Below are positions 34,030 through 34,577 of a DNA stretch of 34,577 nt, in pieces (positions within the stretch are counted from its first letter, which is position 1; every line of letters begins with the position of its first letter). Source of the stretch: Archangium sp. GTDB lineage: Bacteria; Myxococcota; Myxococcia; Myxococcales; Myxococcaceae. The translations under genes were made by a program, and so were the position numbers. The stretch lies in contig JANLPS010000157.1 of the NCBI GenBank assembly GCA_031367385.1, forward strand, positions 1-34,577. The letters are read 5' to 3'. The notes beneath the pieces were generated by a model that worked only from the letters and a program-made list of their open reading frames with translations, did no database searches and was not told the DNA's origin.

Positions 34030-34577
34030 ACTTGAGCAGCTTCTCAGAAATCTTCATCTCCATCGCATCGCCGAGCTCTTCGACGAAGAATCGAAGCGCA
34101 GCGACAAACAGAAAAAGCACTTACGACGAATTCTGCACGCGCCAACTTCGCGCGCAGTGGCAGCGAAACCAGGAGACCTCGCTCGCCTACAGAATTCAGC
34201 AGGCGCGCATGCCAGAGCAGTGGAGCCTCGAAACGTTTCCCTTCAAACAGCAGAAGGGCGTCGACCAACGGCAGATTCGAACCTTTGCCGCGCTCGACTT
34301 CATTCCGAAGTCGGAGAACATCGTCTCCATGGGCGGCACCGGCGTCGGTAAGACGGGTCTCGCCTCGGGTCTACTGCTCAAGGCGCTTCAGAACGGGCAC
34401 CGCGGCGTCTTCATGCGCGCCCAAGACCTCTTCGACGAGATGTACGCCTCGCTGGCTGATCGCTCGACACGCAAGCTGCTCAACCGCTTGGTCAGCGTCG
34501 ACGTGCTCGTCATCGATGAGATGGGCTACCTCAACCTGAAGGCCGAGCAGACGAACATCTTCTTCAAGCTGATGGAG
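34019..34577 (+). pseudogene. istB: IS21 family helper ATPase IstB, frameshifted, partial at window end
   Basis: MKDELEQLLRNLHL..., frameshift near the A-run at 34112-34116, then ...WSLETFPF.QQ.GV...LDFI..SENIV..GGTGVGKT (Walker A)...VLVIDEMGYL (Walker B). Confidence 0.9.

Larger units (their letters stand above)
32997..34577 (+). mobile_element. Degenerate IS21-family insertion sequence remnant(s)
   Basis: Overlapping istA-istB remnants plus terminal-repeat-like sequence. Confidence 0.85.

Noticed and set aside
34105..34125. Programmed -1 ribosomal frameshift at CAGAAAAAG in istB
   Set aside because: Restoring IstB requires a +1 shift, the motif is not A6G, and istA is also degraded. A simple extra A fits better.

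Overview
High-GC, gene-dense bacterial window that looks myxobacterial (Myxococcota-like: many lipoproteins, a D-A/S-G linker, a DUF1592/DUF1552 pair). The taxonomic call is an inference. From 1 to ~26,300 it is mostly intact chromosome. It holds lipoproteins, a DUF4034 protein, a Gre-family factor, a thioesterase, an internally deleted VOC gene, a GNAT, a two-domain GT4 glycosyltransferase, and a YtrA(GntR)-ABC exporter module with two palindromic operator-like boxes. It continues with DUF1592+DUF1552+NHL-repeat genes, an HEXXH zincin, pirin, a large TPR/DUF3857/transglutaminase lipoprotein, purE-purK and a CPBP protease. From ~26,300 the region is accessory and decayed: P450 and ManC fragments, an amber-interrupted gene and a phytochelatin-synthase-family gene. 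An intact four-gene specialised chaperone operon follows: divergent GrpE, short-lid Hsp70, an unknown 627-aa helical protein ending in a basic tail plus QNDLPF, and a J-domain protein with HPPH instead of HPD. The window ends with an IS21-type terminal repeat and frameshifted istA/istB remnants. The chaperone operon is the best candidate for an undescribed system. No rRNA, tRNA or CRISPR array was seen. All family assignments come from motif recognition, not database searches.
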